From assembly GCA_963843845.1 (NCBI GenBank), contig CAWJMB010000002.1:1184001-1248000 (forward strand): DNA of 64,000 bases. Reading direction: 5' to 3'. Shown here in pieces: positions 1-11,914 of the stretch (the first letter of the stretch is position 1; every line of letters starts with the position of its first letter). The notes below the pieces were generated by a model. It saw nothing but the letters and a program-made list of their open reading frames with translations, was not told the origin of the DNA and ran no database searches. The position numbers were made by a program, and so were the translations under genes. The stretch comes from an uncultured Gemmatimonadaceae bacterium (lineage in GTDB: Bacteria; Gemmatimonadota; Gemmatimonadetes; Gemmatimonadales; Gemmatimonadaceae).

Positions 1-1
1 G

Positions 2-175
2 GCGCCGGCGAACGGGGGACGCCCACGGTCGCCCGGCTATCGCGTGGCGGCGCTCGAGGCGCTGGCGACGGCGAGAGGGCAGATGGCGTTCTCCACGTTC
101 AAGCAGCTGCTGGAGGACACGGAACCGGCCGTCCGCGACGCCGCGAAGCGACTGCTCGCGGGAGCCGCGGCCTGA
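2..175 (+). CDS. 3' end of a probable HEAT-repeat protein (partial)
   Basis: Frame 2 reads ...YRVAALEALATARGQMAFSTFKQLLEDTEPAVRDAAKRLL...* with stop at 173-175; resembles a HEAT/PBS repeat; runs off the window start. Confidence 0.55.
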   Translation, partial: APANGGRPRSPGYRVAALEALATARGQMAFSTFKQLLEDTEPAVRDAAKRLLAGAAA

Positions 176-223
176 CGACGGCGGGCCTGACGACCTTCCG
201 TCGTCGGTCCCGCCGATCAGCAG

Positions 224-1296
224 TCAGCGCGCCCTGAAGTCGGTCTCGCCGCCCACGGCTCGGCAGGCCTCCGCGATCACCTCCGCCGCCCGATCGAGGT
301 CCTCCAGCGCGACCATCTCGTTCGGCGAGTGCATGTAGCGGTTCGGCACCGACAGCAGCGCCGGTCGCGATCCCTTCCGCCGCGTTGTGGATCGCGTCCG
401 CATCGGTCGACCGAGTCGCGCCCGGCGGCGTGCAGCGACGTACGGCACCTTCAACCGCTCGGCCGCCGTCGCGCAGCAGCCCGAAGGCGACCGGCGAGGC
501 CACCGAGCCGCGCGTGAGGACCGGCCCGCCGCCCAGCGCGGCCTCGCCGTGCTCCTTCTTCTCGATCCCGGGATGGTCGGTGGCGAACGTCACGTCGACG
601 ACGATCGCCAGGGCGGGGCGCACGCTGACCGCGCACGCGAGCGCGCCGCCGCCGCGCCAGGCGATCTCCTCCTGCGTCGTCGCGACCGCGACCACGCGCG
701 CCGTCCCCGGATTCTCGGCATAGCGGCGCAGCGCCTCGAGGACGACGAACGCGCCGATGCGGTTGTCGATCGAGCGCGAGGCGATGCGACCGTTCGGCAG
801 CTCGAGCAGCGCGCGCGTCGACGACGCCCGCGTCGCCGACCTCGACGAGGCCTAGCGTCTCCGCCTTGCTCGTCGTGCCGAAGTCGACCCAGAGGTCGGT
901 GAGCTTCGACGCCTTCTCGCGCTCCTCGGGCTTCATGAGGTGGATCGGCTTCTTGCCGATCACGCCGACGACGTCGCCCGCCGCCCCGCGGAAGCGCACG
1001 CGCTGGCCGACGAGCACCTGCGGGTCCCACCCGCCGATCGGGCCGACGTAGGCGAAGCCCTGGTCGTCGACGTACGTGATGATGAGCCCGATCTCGTCGA
1101 TGTGGCCCGCCAGCATGATCGTCGGCGACCCCTCGGGGTTCACCACGGCGAAGCTGTTGCCCATGACGTCGCCCGTCACGGTCGCGAACGACTCGGCTTC
1201 GGCGCGCCAGGCGCGGGCCGGCACGGTTTCGTAACCCGACGGCCCGGGGGCGTCGAGCAGGCGCTTCAGGAAGGCGTAGCTGGTGTCGGGGAGCAT
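224..1296 (-). CDS. M42 family metallopeptidase (TET aminopeptidase/endoglucanase-like), frameshifted in this consensus
   Basis: PGPSGYE, LAGHIDEIG, GGWDPQ, TTQEEI, VDVTFATDHP and SVPNRYMHSPNE motifs spread over ORFs 451..1578, 99..695 and 224..454; ATG at 1296. Confidence 0.88.
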
Positions 1297-1602
1297 GACG
1301 AGACAGGAGAGGCGAGCCGCTGCGCGCCGGCCGGAGCGGGCGCGTCGTCGTAGGAGCGAAGAATAGCGGCGGGGAGCGCGACGCCGTCGCCGAAGCGAGG
1401 ACCGGGGCAGCCGGGAGAGGGGTTCGCGGCGCGCGCCGGGACGGCGCGGCGGGTCGGAGTCGAGCGGCGCGAAATCAATGAGGTCGGAATCAGACGCCGC
1501 GAGGGCGTCGAACGTCACCGCCGGCGGGCCCGCGCCCTCGGCCGCGCCGCCGACCCCACGCTCGGCGCGGACGGGCACGGTGTCCGACGCGGGGCGATGC
1601 GC

Positions 1603-3289
1603 TCACGGAGTGACGCGCGCCTCGTAGACCATCCGCCCGCCTACCCACGTCGACAGCACGCGCGTCGACAGGATCTCGCTCTCCGGCACCGTCATGAGGT
1701 CGCGGTCGAGCACGACGAAGTCGGCGTAGCTTGCCCGGCGCGAGCGACCCCATCTCCTGCTCCTGGAACGCCGCGAACGCCGGCCAGATGCGTCATCGAG
1801 CGCAGCGCCTCCTCGCGCGTCATGCGCTGCTCCGGCTGCCAGCCGCCGGCGGGCCAGTTCTTCGCGTCCTGCCGCGCGACCGACGCGTGGAACGAGATGA
1901 GCGGGTTCACCTGCTCGACCGGGAAGTCGCTGCCGTTGGGGATGATCGAGCCCGCGTCGAGCAGCGAGCGCCACGCGTAGGCGCCCGAGCAGTCGCGCCG
2001 GGCCGAGTCGGGTCACCGGCCCAGTACATGTCGCTCGTCTGGTGACTGGCCTGCATGCTCGGGATGACGCCGAGCTGCGCGAAGCGCGGGATGTCGTCGT
2101 GGTGGAGGATCTGCGCGTGCTCGACGCGGAAGCGGTGGTCGGCCGTCGGGACGGCGCCGAGCGCTCGCTCGTAGGCGTCGAGCACGAGGCGGTTGCCGCG
2201 GTCGCCGATCGCGTGCGTGTTCACCTGGAAGCCGGCCTTCAGCGCGCGCGTCGCCACGTCCAGGATGTGCGCCGGCGCCGAGATGAGCAGGCCGCTGTTC
2301 TTCGCGTCGTCCGCGTACGGCTCGAGCAGCGCGGCGCCGCGGCTGCCGAACGCGCCGTCGGCGTAGAGCTTCACCGACGCGCTCCCACAGCCGCCCGCCG
2401 TAGAGCGCGCTCCGCGGGCCACGCTGGAAGTAGTAGGCGAGCGCCGCGCTGTCGTCGCCGATCATGACGTAGGTGCGCAGGTCGAGCTCTCCCTGCTGCG
2501 CCATCTCCTCCATCAGCTCGATCGTCCGCCGCGACTCGCCCGCGTCGTGCACGCCGACCAGCCCCCAGCGGTGCAGCTCGGCCACGGCGCCCTTGAGCGC
2601 GGCGCGCAGCTCCTCGCGGCGTCGGCGTCGGGAATGACGCCGCTCGACGAGGCCCTGCGCGTTGTCGACGAACACCCCGGTCGGACTGCCCTGCGCATCG
2701 CGCTCGAGGCGGCCGCCGGTCGGGTCCTTCGTCGCAGCGGTGATCGCGGCGGCGCGCAGCGCGGCGGCGTTCGCGAGCCCGGCGTGCCCGTCGACCCGCT
2801 CCAGGTACACGGGGTGGTTCGGCACGGCGCGCGACAGCGCCTCCTGCGTCGGGAAGCGCGTGTCGGCCCAGTCGTTCTGGTCCCACCCGCGCCCGACGAT
2901 CCACTGCCCCGCCGGGGCCGAGCGCGCCCGCGCGACGACGCGCGCGATCACCTCGTCGTACGACGTCGTTCCGGTGAGGTCGACGTTGCGCAGCGCGAGG
3001 CCGAGGCCCAACAGATGCCCGTGCGCGTCGACCATCCCCGGGATGACCGTGCGCCCCGCACGTCGACGACGCGCGTCCCGGCGCCCCGCAGCGCCATCGC
3101 GCCGCGTGCGTCGCCGACGAACACGATCCGGCCGTCGCGCACGGCCATCGCCGCCGCGGTCGGCTTCGACGCGTCGACCGTGTAGATGCGCGCGTTCGTG
3201 ACGACGAGATCGGCCGGCGCGGGCGCCGGGAGCTGCGCGCCGACGGCGAGCGGGAGCGCGAGCGCGGCGAGGCGAACGAGAGTACGCAT
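1603..3289 (-). CDS. Secreted YtcJ-like amidohydrolase (Amidohydro_3), frameshifted
   Basis: Signal peptide then ADLVVTNARIYT, PGMVDAHGH, GRGWDQNDW, VKLYADGAFGSRGA, HAIGDRGN, RFRVEHAQ, ADFVVLDRD across several frames. Confidence 0.88.
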
Positions 3290-3423
3290 GACGATGAGAA
3301 CGGGTTCGCGACCATGATAGCCTCGGTGACGACGTGGCGCGCTGCGGGGACTTGTGTCGGCACGCACGCCGGGCGAGCGTGCCGACCCGTGTTCCCGCTC
3401 GTCTCACCTCCGGACAAGTCGAC

Positions 3424-4848
3424 ATGACGTTTCGTGCGCACTCGCGCTGGTGGATCGCCTCCCTCGCCGTCGCGGTCGCGCCGAACGCGATCCGGGCGCA
3501 GGGATTCGGTCTGAACGAGATCGGGAGCTGCGCGATCGGCCGCGGCTTCGCGGTGAGCGCGACCCCGTGCGAGGACGCGTCGGTGCTGTTCTGGAACCCC
3601 GCCGCGGCCGCGCGGCTGAACGGGCCGTCGCTCTACGCCGGCGTCACCGGCATCCAGGTGCACGCGCGCTTCACGCAGGACGTGTCCGCGCGCGCGTACG
3701 ACGGTGACGTCCCCGTCACGCTCCCGCCATTCCTCGGCTTCGTCTACAAGAGCGAGAACCGGAACAGCGTCTTCCACCGCGTCGCGTTCGGCATCGCCGC
3801 GTACGTGCCCTACGGCCTCACGTCGCAGTGGCGCGACGACTTTCCCGGCCGCTTCTCGGCGCAGACGGCGTCGCTCCGGTCGACCTACGTGCAGCCGACC
3901 GTCGCGATCGACGTCATGCCGGACCGGCTCTCGTTAGGCGGCGGGTTCATCGTCGCACGCTCGTCGCTCGAGCTGCGGCAGTCGATCGACTTCGCGGTTC
4001 TCCCCGCGCCGCCGCCGGCCCCCGCCGGAACGACGTTCGCCCGGCTCGGCTTCGCTCCCGGCACCGAGTTCGGGCGCGCCGTGCTGAGCGGCGACGGCGT
4101 GGGCTACGGCTTCACGCTCGGCGCGCAGGCGAAGCTCACCGAGACGGTCTCGCTCGGCGCGCGCTATCTCTCCGCGGTGACGTTCGACTACGACGGCGAC
4201 GCCGCGTTCTCGGTCGTGCCGAGCGCGAGCACGTACGTGCTGCAGGCGAACAACGCGCTGAGCGCACCCGCGGGAACGACGCTCGCACAGGTCGTCGCCC
4301 CGCAGTTCACCGGCGCGACCGGCGCGTTCCGTCCGGGCCAGACGCTCACGACGTCGATCCGCCACCCGGCGCAGTTCCAGGCCGGCGTCGGGTATACCGG
4401 GATCCAGAACACCACGCTCTCCGCCGACTACGCGTTCGTGAAGTGGGATGCGTTCGACGTGCTGCGGGTGACGTTCGCGTCGAACGCCGCGCTGAGCCGC
4501 GAGTTGCTCGAGCGCTACCGCAACGCCAGCAGCTATCGCGTCGGCGCCGAACACCGCTTCCATACGGGGATCTCGGGGCGGCTGGGCTTCAGCTACGCCC
4601 CCTCTCCGGCCCCCGACGAGACGGTCACGCCGCTCCTCCCGGACATGGACCGGCACAACTTCGCCGCCGGCGTCGGCATCCCCATCGGGCGCGTGACGTT
4701 CGACGCGGCGTACCTGCGCGTCGAGACCGAGGGGCGCCGTGGGCGGACCGGCGAGCGCACGGCGTCGCAGACGGCCGCGCAGGTCAACAATGGGTTCTAC
4801 ACCCTGCACGCGAACATCTTCTCGGCCAGCCTCAAGCTCAAGTTCTGA
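3424..4848 (+). CDS. OmpP1/FadL/TodX family outer-membrane transporter
   Basis: Signal peptide ending AIRA; GFGLNE..., DASVLFWNPA, YVPYGL motifs; beta-strand pattern and C-terminal Phe (LKLKF). Confidence 0.88.
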   Translation: MTFRAHSRWWIASLAVAVAPNAIRAQGFGLNEIGSCAIGRGFAVSATPCEDASVLFWNPAAAARLNGPSLYAGVTGIQVHARFTQDVSARAYDGDVPVTLPPFLGFVYKSENRNSVFHRVAFGIAAYVPYGLTSQWRDDFPGRFSAQTASLRSTYVQPTVAIDVMPDRLSLGGGFIVARSSLELRQSIDFAVLPAPPPAPAGTTFARLGFAPGTEFGRAVLSGDGVGYGFTLGAQAKLTETVSLGARYLSAVTFDYDGDAAFSVVPSASTYVLQANNALSAPAGTTLAQVVAPQFTGATGAFRPGQTLTTSIRHPAQFQAGVGYTGIQNTTLSADYAFVKWDAFDVLRVTFASNAALSRELLERYRNASSYRVGAEHRFHTGISGRLGFSYAPSPAPDETVTPLLPDMDRHNFAAGVGIPIGRVTFDAAYLRVETEGRRGRTGERTASQTAAQVNNGFYTLHANIFSASLKLKF

Positions 4849-4894
4849 GGGGCGCCGCCGTCACCGATTCCACTCGATGCACCCGGAGATCTCG

Positions 4895-6197
4895 ATGCGC
4901 TATCAGCTCACGGCGCGCCGCACGCGTGGCCGCCGGGCCGCGGTCGTCGCGCTCGGCGCGGCCGCGGCGCTCGCGTCCTGCGAGAAGGACCCCGAGCTGC
5001 TGCTCGGCACGACGCCGCCGGCGGCGATCAACGCGCGGCTTCATGGCGCGCTACGTCGCGTTCGGCAACAGCATCACCGCCGGCTACCAGTCGGGCGGCA
5101 TCAACGACTCGACGCAGCGGCAGAGCTACGCGCGGCTGCTCGCGAACGCGGCGGGGACGTCGTACCGCTATCCGGCGCTCACCCTGCCGCGGGTGCACGC
5201 CGCCGATCGTCGAACCTCCTCACGCAGGCCAGGCGTCGGCGGCGCGACGGCATCGACGTGCGCGCTGCGCGCGACGAGCTCCATCACGCCCGATCCTCAA
5301 CAACGTCGCGGTGCCCGGCGCGAACTCGTTCGACCCGACCGGCCTCGCCGGCGGCGGCTACAGCCCGCTCACGACGTTCATCCTCGGCGGCCGCACGCAG
5401 GTCCAGAAGGCGGTCGAGGTCGACCCGACGTTCGCGACGGTCTGGATCGGCAACAACGACGTGCTCGGCTTCGCCCTCGCCGGCACGACGGACCGGCGTG
5501 ACCGACTCCGCGACCTTCATCGCGAACTACGCGCGGCTCGTCGCCGAGCTCCGCGCCGGGCAGCCCGGAGCTGACGCGGGGCGTGCTCATCGGCGTCGTC
5601 AACGTCGTGAACGCACCGTTAGGCATCCCGATCTCCGTCATCAACCCGGCCGCGACGCCATCGCAGCCGGCGTTCGCGTACCAGCCGCTCGCCGCCGCGG
5701 CGGTCCAGCTCCAGCTCTTCGGCCGCCCGATCGCGTTCGCGCCGAACTGCAACACCGGCACTCCGCAGATCGCGTTCTCGGCACTCGCGCAGCTCGCCGC
5801 CGGCGCGAACCAGGCGCTTCCGGCCGGCGCGCCGTTCACCTTCGTCTGCGGCGACATCCCGGGCGTCGCGCCCAGGACGCCGGGGCTGCTCACCGACGCC
5901 GACCGCACCTTCTTCGTCAACCGCGTCCGCGGCTGGAACGCCTACATCCGCGCGAAGGCGGACTCGATCGGGTTCGCGTACTACGACCCGAACACGCGAC
6001 TCGACAGCTGGCGCGCGACGGGACAGGTGCCTCCGTTCCCGAACCTCGCCGCGCCGACCGCGCCGTTCGCGCCGTACGTCTCCAACGACGGGGTGCACCC
6101 GACGGGCGCCGCGCACCTCGTCCTCGCGCAGGACCTCGTGGCGCTCATCAACCAGAAGTACGGCAGCGCGATCCCGTCGCCGACGACGCTCCAGTAG
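4895..6197 (+). CDS. SGNH/GDSL hydrolase lipoprotein, frameshifted
   Basis: GGAGA RBS, lipobox LASC, block I YVAFGNSITAG, block III WIGNND, block V SNDGVHP. Confidence 0.8.
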
Positions 6198-6217
6198 TGC
6201 GCGCGGGGGATCGACGT

Positions 6218-6257
6218 GAACGGGGCGGGCGCCAGTCGCCAGGCGCCCGCCCCGTTC
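6218..6257. terminator. GC-rich hairpin between convergent genes (probable bidirectional terminator)
   Basis: Perfect 16-bp stem GAACGGGGCGGGCGCC / GGCGCCCGCCCCGTTC with 8-nt loop; no strong U-tract. Confidence 0.55.
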
Positions 6258-6275
6258 CGCGCACCGGCGGCCGAG

Positions 6276-7446
6276 CTACTTCAGCACCGCCTTCGCGATC
6301 GTCTGCAGCTGCATGTTCGACGTGCCCTCGTAGATCGTCCCGATCTTCGCGTCGCGGTAGAACTTCTCGACCGGGTACTCCTTCGTGTAGCCGTAGCCGC
6401 CGAACAGCTCGACGCAGAGCGAGGTCACGCGCTCGCACACCTGCGACGAGTAGAGCTTCGCCATCGCCCCCTCGCGCGCGATGTCGTGCCCGGCGTCCTT
6501 CAGGCGCGCCGCGTTGTAGACCATGAGGCGCGCGGCCTCGAGCTCCGTCGCCGCCTGCGCGACCTGGAACTGGATGCCCTGGAACTCGGCGAGCGGCTTG
6601 CCGAACTGCCGGCGCTCCTTGAGGTACGCCGTCGTCGCGGCGAGCGCGCCGCCGGCGACGCCGATCATCTGCGCGCCGATGCCGATGCGCCCGCCGTTCA
6701 GCGTGTCGATCGCGATCTTGTAGCCCTTGCCGACGTCGCCGAGGACGTTCGCGTCGGGCACGAACACGTTGTCGAAGTGCAGCGACGTCGTGCTCGACGC
6801 GCGGATGCCGAGCTTGTCCTCCTTCTTGCCGATCGTGAAGCCGTCGGTCCCCTTCTCGACGACGAACGCCGTGATGCCCCTGTAGCCCGCCTCGGGGTTC
6901 GCGTTCGCGAACACGACGAAGATCTCCGCCTCGGCGCCGTTCGTGATCCACAGCCTTCGATCCGTAGAGCCGCCAGCCGCCGTCGGCTCGCTCCGCGCGC
7001 GTCGCGAGACCGAACGCGTCGGAGCCGGAGCCCGGCTCGGAGAGCGCGTAGGCGCCGATGGTGTCCGGAGGTGAGGCGCGTGCAGGAAGCGCGCGTGCTG
7101 CGTCGGCGTTGCCGTAGGCGTGGATCGGGTAGTTGACGAGCGTGTTCTGCACGTCGACCTGGATCGCGGCCGACGCGTCGACCTTGCTCAGCTCCTCGAC
7201 CGCGAGCACGATCATCATCGCCGTGCCGCCGGCGCCGCCGCACCGACTCGGGCAGCTCGATGCCCATGAGCCCGAGCTCGAAGAACTGGCGCGTGAGCGC
7301 CGGAGTCGATCTTGCCGGCCTGCCTCCATGTCGTGCACCCGCGGCCGCACCTCGGACTCGGCGAGGGCGGTGACGGCGTCGCGGAAGATGGACTCGTCTT
7401 CGGAGAGCAGCGTGAGCGGCGGGCGGGCAGCGAGATCGGTCGACAT
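6276..7446 (-). CDS. Acyl-CoA dehydrogenase (short/branched-chain type), frameshifted
   Basis: [56 protein letters not shown]. Confidence 0.92.
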
Positions 7447-7504
7447 AGGCGAGAGCGGGGGTGGAAGGCGACGCCGAAGAATGCGTGTCGGACCCCGCGA
7501 TTTG

Positions 7505-7510
7505 TAGATT
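7505..7510 (+). promoter_or_regulatory. Putative -10 element of a leaderless transcript
   Basis: TAGATT (TANNNT) ends 6 nt before the ATG at 7517; no Shine-Dalgarno. Confidence 0.45.
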
Positions 7511-7516
7511 GCGTCC

Positions 7517-9796
7517 ATGGTTTCCACGTCGTCGAAGTCGTCGAAGTCGCAGGCGTTCGCTCGTCGCCTGGCGCTGTGCGGGCTGCTGCTCGTCGCCTGC
7601 GAGCACACCGGCGCGCCCGGCGACGGGAACGACGTCGCGTCGCTGGAGCTGCTGGCACCGGTCGACGGGTCGACCGTCGTCGCCGGATCGACCGTGGCGG
7701 TTCGTGTGCGCGCGCTCACGGCGCGCGGCGCGGGCCGAGCGCAGGCGGCGGTGACGATCGGAGTCGCCTCCGGCACGGTGACGCCCTCGCCGACGGTGAC
7801 CGGTGCGGACGGCGTGGCGACGGCGACGTGGACGGTGGGCGCGACGCCGGGCCCGCAACGACTCTTCCTCTCCGCGGCGGAGCGTCCCGGCCAGATCGTC
7901 GGCTACGGGGTGACGATCGTCGCGGCGCCCGCGCCGGCGCTCGCCGTCGCCCGCGCCACGAGCGACACGCTGCGCCCCGGCGTCGCCGTCGCGATCGAAG
8001 GAAGCGGCTTCACGTCCGGCGCGCTCTCGGCGACCGTCGCCGGCGTCGCGGTGACGGTGAGCGACCTCGGCGCCACGCGGCTCACCGTCGGCGTGCCCGC
8101 GTCGCTCCCGTGCGCACCGCCGTCACTCGTGCGGATCACCCTGCGCCGCTCGTCGGGGGCCGGCACCGACTCGGCGACCGTGACCGCACCGTTCGACCCC
8201 GCGATCGCGCGCCGCGTGCAGCCTGGCGAGCACGTCGTGCTCACCGACTCGCTCGCCGTCCGCTGCACGCGGCTCGACGGCGGCGGGCGCTACGCGGTCG
8301 CGATCCTCAACACGAGCACCGCGGCGCCCGGCGGCGTCGCGGTGCAGCTGCGCGGGCAGGGAGCGGCGACGACCGCGTCGTCACGAGCGCAGGGTGGGAC
8401 AGCGCTCTCGCCTCCGGTCCGGACAGCGCGGTCGCTCGCCGCGCTCGGCGCGACAGGGCGGGCGGATGGCGAACACGGTGCCCACCTCGAGCGCGAACGC
8501 GCCCGCACCGCCGCCCTCGTCGCTCCGGCGCCGGCGTCCGCCCGCCGCCGCGCGGTCCGCGCGCTGCCGGCCGTCGGCGACGTGCTGACGCTGAACGCGA
8601 TGTACTACGATTGCGCGACGCCGACCGCCGTGCGCGCGCGCGTCGCCGCCGTCGGCGCGCGCGCCGTCGTGCTCGAAGACGTCGCCTCGGCCGGCGCCGG
8701 GTCGCGCGACGGCCAGCTTCGCGAGATCGCCGACGAGTTCGACCGCGTCATGTACCCGCTCGTCGTGACCCACTTCGGCGACCCGCTCGCGCTCGACGGC
8801 GCGCTCGGCGGCGACGGCCGGGTGCGCGTTCTGTTCTCGCCGTACGTCGCCGACAGCGTCCCGAACACCATCGGCTTCGTCACCGGGTGCAACTTCTCCG
8901 CGCGCTCGCAGCTCGCGTCGAGCAACGAGGCGGCCGTGTTCTACGCCCGCCTGCCGAACGCGTTCGAGACCGCGGCCGAGTGGCGCCGCCAGCTCCGCTC
9001 GACGCTCGTGCACGAGACGAAGCACCTCGCCGCCTACGCCGAGCGCTTCGCGCGCGCGGGGAGCGGCGCGCCCCTGCTCGAAGAGACGTGGCTCGAAGAG
9101 GGAACCGCCCGCGTCGCCGAGGAGCTGTACGCGCGCCAGTTCTCCGGCGCGACGTGGAAGGGCAACGCCACGTTCGCCCCGACGGTCGGCTGCGAGCTGA
9201 CCGCGTGCGACGCCCGCCCCGTCGCCATGTCGAAGCACTTCAACGCGCTGGCCGCGTACTACGCGCGCGTGGACTCGCTCACGCCGCTCGGGCGCGTCTC
9301 GGCGTTCGACCAGAGCTACTACGGCAGCGGGTGGCTGCTGGTGCGGTGGGCCGCGGATCGCCACGCCGCCGACGAGCCGACGTTCTTCCGCGCCCTCACG
9401 ACGGAGACGACGCTCACCGGGATCGCGAACCTCGCCCGCCGCACCGGCCGCTCACCGAGCGCGATGCTCGGCGACTGGGCGCTCGCGCTCGCCGTCGACG
9501 ACCGGCCCGCGTTCACGCCGCGCGACCCGTCGCTCACCATCCCGAGCTGGAACACGCGCGACGTCTTCCGCGGCATGAGCGTCGTGAATCCCTTCCTCGT
9601 ACGCACCCCCTTCCCCCTGCTCGAGCGGTCGGTCGCGGCCGGCGCGTTCGTGGTCGACGTGCCGCTGCTCCGCTCGTACACGGCGGCGTTCGTCGAGATC
9701 GGGGCAGGGGCGGGGGCGCAGCTGCTGTCGCTCCACGCGGCGGGCGGCGCTGCGCCGCCCGCCGCGACGGGACTCGCGATCGTGCGCGTCGAGTGA
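7517..9796 (+). CDS. Lipoprotein with Ig-like/IPT-TIG domains and a C-terminal zinc metallopeptidase-like domain
   Basis: Lipobox LLVAC; Big_1-like and IPT-like (IEGSGF) segments; HETKH...ETWLEEG (HExxH plus distal Glu). Confidence 0.72.
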   Translation: MVSTSSKSSKSQAFARRLALCGLLLVACEHTGAPGDGNDVASLELLAPVDGSTVVAGSTVAVRVRALTARGAGRAQAAVTIGVASGTVTPSPTVTGADGVATATWTVGATPGPQRLFLSAAERPGQIVGYGVTIVAAPAPALAVARATSDTLRPGVAVAIEGSGFTSGALSATVAGVAVTVSDLGATRLTVGVPASLPCAPPSLVRITLRRSSGAGTDSATVTAPFDPAIARRVQPGEHVVLTDSLAVRCTRLDGGGRYAVAILNTSTAAPGGVAVQLRGQGAATTASSRAQGGTALSPPVRTARSLAALGATGRADGEHGAHLERERARTAALVAPAPASARRRAVRALPAVGDVLTLNAMYYDCATPTAVRARVAAVGARAVVLEDVASAGAGSRDGQLREIADEFDRVMYPLVVTHFGDPLALDGALGGDGRVRVLFSPYVADSVPNTIGFVTGCNFSARSQLASSNEAAVFYARLPNAFETAAEWRRQLRSTLVHETKHLAAYAERFARAGSGAPLLEETWLEEGTARVAEELYARQFSGATWKGNATFAPTVGCELTACDARPVAMSKHFNALAAYYARVDSLTPLGRVSAFDQSYYGSGWLLVRWAADRHAADEPTFFRALTTETTLTGIANLARRTGRSPSAMLGDWALALAVDDRPAFTPRDPSLTIPSWNTRDVFRGMSVVNPFLVRTPFPLLERSVAAGAFVVDVPLLRSYTAAFVEIGAGAGAQLLSLHAAGGAAPPAATGLAIVRVE

Positions 9797-9938
9797 TCCG
9801 CAGCGCGCCGCGCACGCGCGTCGGAATGGTTGCGCGGATGGCCGGCCGCTACCTTCCGCGAGTCAACCATCCCCCATGTTCACGACTCGTGCAGCGCGGC
9901 CCGGCCGGCGGTGCGCGAGTGCGATCCGCGACCCTCTC

Positions 9939-11006
9939 TTGACGATCCTCGTGACTGGCGGCGCGGGCTTCATCGGCTCGGCAGTCGTTCGGCACCTCGT
10001 GCGTCGCGGCGACGTCGACGTCGTGAACGTCGACAAGCTCACCTACGCCGGGAATCTCGACTCGTTGCGCGACGTCGACGCCTCGGCGCGCTACCGCTTC
10101 GAGCAGGTCGACATCTGCGACGAGGCCGCGGTGCGGCGCGTGTTCCGGGAGCACCGGCCGGACGGCGTGCTGCATCTCGCCGCGGAATCGCACGTCGATC
10201 GATCGATCGACGGGCCGGGCGCGTTCGTCCAGACGAACGTCGTCGGCACGTATGTGCTGCTCCACGAGGCGCGACGCCACTACGCCGCGCTCGCGCCGGC
10301 CGCGGCCGAGCGGTTCCGGTTCGTGCACGTGTCGACCGACGAGGTGTTCGGGTCGCTCGGCGACCGCGGGTTCTTCACGGAAGCGACCGCCTATGGACCG
10401 AACTCGCCGTATTCCGCGAGCAAGGCGGCCAGCGATCATCTCGCGCGCGCCTGGCGTCACACGTACGGACTGCCGGTCATCGTCACGAACTGTTCGAACA
10501 ACTACGGGCCGTATCAGTTCCCCGAGAAGCTGATCCCCCTCGTGATCCTCAACGCGCTCGCCGGTGAGCCGCTCCCCGTCTACGGGCGCGGCGACAACGT
10601 GCGCGACTGGCTGTACGTCGACGACCACGCGGAGGCGCTCGTGACCGTGCTCGAGCGCGGGATCGTCGGCGAGACCTACGCGATCGGCGGGCGCAACGAG
10701 CGCCGGAACCTCGACGTCGTGCGAGCGATCTGCGACCTGCTCGACGAGCTCGCCCCCGCCGAGTCCCCCCGCCGCGACCTCATCCGGTTCGTGCCCGATC
10801 GGCCCGGGCACGATCTGCGCTACGCGATCGACGCGTCGAAGATCGATCGCGAGCTCGGGTGGCGGCCTCGCGAGACGTTCGAGAGCGGGCTGCGGAAGAC
10901 GGTCGAGTGGTACCTGGAGAACGCGTGGTGGTGGACGCGCGTGCAGTCCGGGGGCTACCGGCGTGAGCGGCTCGGCCTCGACGCACTCTCGGAGGCGGCG
11001 CGGTGA
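9939..11006 (+). CDS. rfbB: dTDP-glucose 4,6-dehydratase
   Basis: [43 protein letters not shown]; probable TTG start at 9939. Confidence 0.96.
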   Translation: MTILVTGGAGFIGSAVVRHLVRRGDVDVVNVDKLTYAGNLDSLRDVDASARYRFEQVDICDEAAVRRVFREHRPDGVLHLAAESHVDRSIDGPGAFVQTNVVGTYVLLHEARRHYAALAPAAAERFRFVHVSTDEVFGSLGDRGFFTEATAYGPNSPYSASKAASDHLARAWRHTYGLPVIVTNCSNNYGPYQFPEKLIPLVILNALAGEPLPVYGRGDNVRDWLYVDDHAEALVTVLERGIVGETYAIGGRNERRNLDVVRAICDLLDELAPAESPRRDLIRFVPDRPGHDLRYAIDASKIDRELGWRPRETFESGLRKTVEWYLENAWWWTRVQSGGYRRERLGLDALSEAAR

Positions 11007-11914
11007 AGGGGATCATCCTCGCCGGCGGATCCGGCACGCGGCTCCACCCGCTCACGCTCGCCGTCAGCAAGCAGCTCCTCCCGGTGTACGACAAGCCGAT
11101 GATCTACTACCCGCTCTCGACGCTCATGCTGTCGGGGATCCGGGACGTCCTGATCATCTCGACGCCGCAGGACCTGCCGCGCTTCGCGCAGCTCCTCGGC
11201 GACGGCGCGGCGTGGGGGATGGCGTTCTCCTACGCCGAGCAGCCGTCGCCCGACGGTCTCGCGCAGGCGTTCGTGATCGGCCGCGACTTCGTCGGCACGA
11301 GCGCGGTGTCGCTGGTGCTGGGCGACAACATCTTCTACGGCCTCGGGCTGCGCGCGGTCCTCCAGCGCGCGGCGCAGCGAGCGAGCGGCGCGACCGTGTT
11401 CGGCTACTACGTGCGCGATCCCGAGCGATACGGCGTCGTCGAGTTCGGCGACGACGGCCGCGCGATCTCGATCGAGGAGAAGCCCGCGCATCCGCGTTCC
11501 AACTTCGCGGTGACGGGTCTCTACTTCTACGACAACGACGTCGTCGAGATCGCCCGCTCCCTCCGCCCGTCGGCGCGCGGTGAGTACGAGATCACCGACG
11601 TGAATCGCGTCTACCTCACGCGCGACGCGCTGAACGTCGAGCTGTTCGGCCGCGGGATGGCGTGGTTCGACACCGGCACGCACGAGTCGCTGCACGGCGC
11701 GTCGACGTTCATCGAGGCGATCGAGAAGCGGCAGGGCCTGCTCATCGCCTCGCCCGAGGAGATCGCCTACCGCCAGGGCTACATCGACGACCGCCAGCTC
11801 GAGTCGCTCGCCGCCGCCATGGGCAAGTCGAGCTACGCCGTGTACCTCAAGCAGCTGCTCACCGAGCGCTCGCTGCGCCAGATCTCCGGCTCTGCGCCGG
11901 CGGAGCACGCGTGA
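11003..11914 (+). CDS. rfbA: Glucose-1-phosphate thymidylyltransferase
   Basis: [43 protein letters not shown]. Confidence 0.97.
   Translation: MKGIILAGGSGTRLHPLTLAVSKQLLPVYDKPMIYYPLSTLMLSGIRDVLIISTPQDLPRFAQLLGDGAAWGMAFSYAEQPSPDGLAQAFVIGRDFVGTSAVSLVLGDNIFYGLGLRAVLQRAAQRASGATVFGYYVRDPERYGVVEFGDDGRAISIEEKPAHPRSNFAVTGLYFYDNDVVEIARSLRPSARGEYEITDVNRVYLTRDALNVELFGRGMAWFDTGTHESLHGASTFIEAIEKRQGLLIASPEEIAYRQGYIDDRQLESLAAAMGKSSYAVYLKQLLTERSLRQISGSAPAEHA

Noticed and set aside
1297..1602. 300-bp intergenic region with a 49-codon + strand ORF from 1478 or a possible ncRNA
   Set aside because: Low-complexity Ala/Pro/Arg translation, no RBS and no recognisable RNA motif
7312..9942. Long alternative-frame and antisense ORFs (e.g. 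7312..9942, 14512..17154, 24489..26669, 56349..58772)
   Set aside because: Arg/Ala/Gly-rich shadow ORFs expected at very high GC, overlapping well-supported genes
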